The position numbers were made by a program, and so were the translations under genes. From the NCBI GenBank assembly GCA_002189035.1, contig NEEC01000002.1, forward strand, positions 2,852,001 to 2,916,000: DNA of 64,000 nucleotides. Direction: 5' to 3'. This document shows, in pieces, positions 62,396-64,000 of the stretch. How positions within the stretch are numbered: position 1 is the stretch's first letter; every line of letters begins with the position of its first letter. This DNA is from Utricularia gibba. Lineage: Eukaryota > Plantae > Magnoliophyta. Under the pieces are notes generated by a model. That model was not told the origin of the DNA. It was given only the letters and a program-made list of their open reading frames with translations, and made no database searches.

Positions 62396-64000
62396 CATGA
62401 CTCCTGATCCTCCCATTTTCTATTTGAAAGTATGCAGTCCTGGTTCTCATTGCAAATTTGTCGTGCTAAAATCCATGAGGTAAGTTTTCTGTTGATCTTC
62501 TCTCGCCTCTTAGCCAGTTTACTTGTCCAAACGACAATTAATACATATTTGGTATTATTCTTCCTTTTCTTTATCATTGTTTTATTGGGCAACAAGTGAA
62601 AGGAAATATGCTGGTTAGATTAAGGGGGAGCGCAATGGCAATAGAAAGTCCTTCATATGATCCTATCTATCTATCTACAGGACCCTCCCTTCCATGAGCC
62701 CTGACCACATTAGAACCCGAAATCTCCGAATATCTTGACGTCGTTTAGTCGTCTTTTGTAGATATAAAAATGATTTAGGTCTGCATCACACCTTCACATT
62801 AATTACTAGGGAATTACGTTTGGTTCGCATTAATGGGATCGCTTTTCTCTTAATTGTACTGTTAATAGATAATTAGATAGCGATTACCCCTGTTGATGGC
62901 TGCATTTTAGTCCAACCATTTTGGTTTTATTTAAAAAATGGCAAGGGAAGAATGACGCAAGCATGATCGACGCCATACGGCACATCCCACCCGCGCCGGA
63001 AATGGTGGGTCCCGCCACTCGCAATCTCCCACGCCGGTTGTTGCTGGTGCCGGGTGGGCCCCCTACCACCGTGTTGTCAAGTTTTAAAATGTTTGTGTAT
63101 TACAAATCGGGTTATTATATTTTGAATGTGTTAGAAAAGTGATCATTGTATGTATAAAATTTTAATTGTGTAAGATAGAAAGTCATCAATTAAAATGCAC
63201 ACAATTTTATTCTTGTTTGTGGTAAATAGTAACAAAGACAGCAATTGAAATTATCCAATGGATGGATAATTTGGGTATTAAAAACTGAATTGCCTGTGGT
63301 TACGGGCAGGGGCTGCTTTTCCACTCTTGGATTGCATAATTGAAAAAGTTGGAACCCGCAATCTTTGCAGTATCTGTCTTGTTTTATTCGAATTTCCATT
63401 TCTCCTTCCCGAAGCAGAAGCTGCGCCACGCCGGGACGAGACTTGCCTCAACTCAGCAGCACCAGCGCTTTGAAACGAAATAGTTTTTGCAGAAGCTTTT
63501 CTGGATAATGAAGCGATGAGCTGGGTTTGTTGCGTATGAGTTGTGGATGTTCTTTTCGTCCTGAGGTTGGTGTTTATTTCTTATTACATGTGATTGTTTG
63601 TCGCGCATGTCTAAGGAGGAAGAGCATTCTGCTTGGGAGGGTCAAGCTAGCTTTTTAACTTTTTCGACGTGTTTAGTGGCTTTGATCTGGGTTTATTTCG
63701 AAGGAAAAGATATTGTTGTTTTATCCACCTCTGGGTCAAACTGGCGTTGTGATTCTCGGTGGCGATGAGGATTGCCATGTTTTCTGTGTTGATTTTGGGT
63801 TTCTCCGGAGCTGAAAAAGAGTTCTTGTTGCCTTGCTTGACTTTTTTGGGGGGAATACGCTAGGGTTATTCTAAGATACTTTTTGGGGATGCTTTGAAAG
63901 AAAATGAGGATGATCTGATCGAAGAACTGTTTTGGCTTGGTTTGCTCGATTTAGGGAGGAGGAGCATTTGGACTTGAAAAATTGGATGAGTTTTGGTTTG

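Noticed and set aside
63190-64000. Start of another gene at the window end
   Set aside because: Looks like a 5' UTR/intron but no coding exon is identifiable within the window
1-64000. CRISPR arrays, rRNA genes or a biosynthetic gene cluster
   Set aside because: None seen; the BAHD gene has no neighbouring pathway enzymes

Overview
Gene-dense nuclear DNA from a flowering plant (eudicot, probably an asterid; inference from gene homologies). Left to right: a 7-exon FLC-like MIKC MADS gene; a ~10 kb nest of decayed transposons (non-autonomous hAT with a perfect 8-bp TSD, Athila-type LTR fragment with env-like ORF, hAT and PIF/Harbinger transposase remnants); a PORR-domain gene; CCT5; ARP3; a small CxCSPTTH-type protein; NRT2.5; a divergent KNAT2/6-like KNOX; an NIK3-like LRR-II receptor kinase; an orphan PPR E-domain fragment; a BAHD malonyltransferase-type gene; a small TM protein; a CLE25-like peptide gene; an AHG11-like PLS-E PPR; a BIGPETAL-like bHLH; tRNA-Ala(AGC); a Copia relic carrying a MITE and a solo LTR; and a TRIPP-like gene. 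I found no new multi-gene system. The main caveat is that six apparent frameshifts in five genes, including essential CCT5, are all single missing bases in short runs, which points to consensus errors rather than pseudogenes. The best biological leads are a DLNxxP EAR motif on the FLC-like protein, a 42-nt in-frame intron at the BIGPETAL regulated-intron position, a probable intronization of coding sequence in TRIPP, and an E-domain-only PPR ORF. Family assignments come from recalled motif/sequence similarity, not from database searches.
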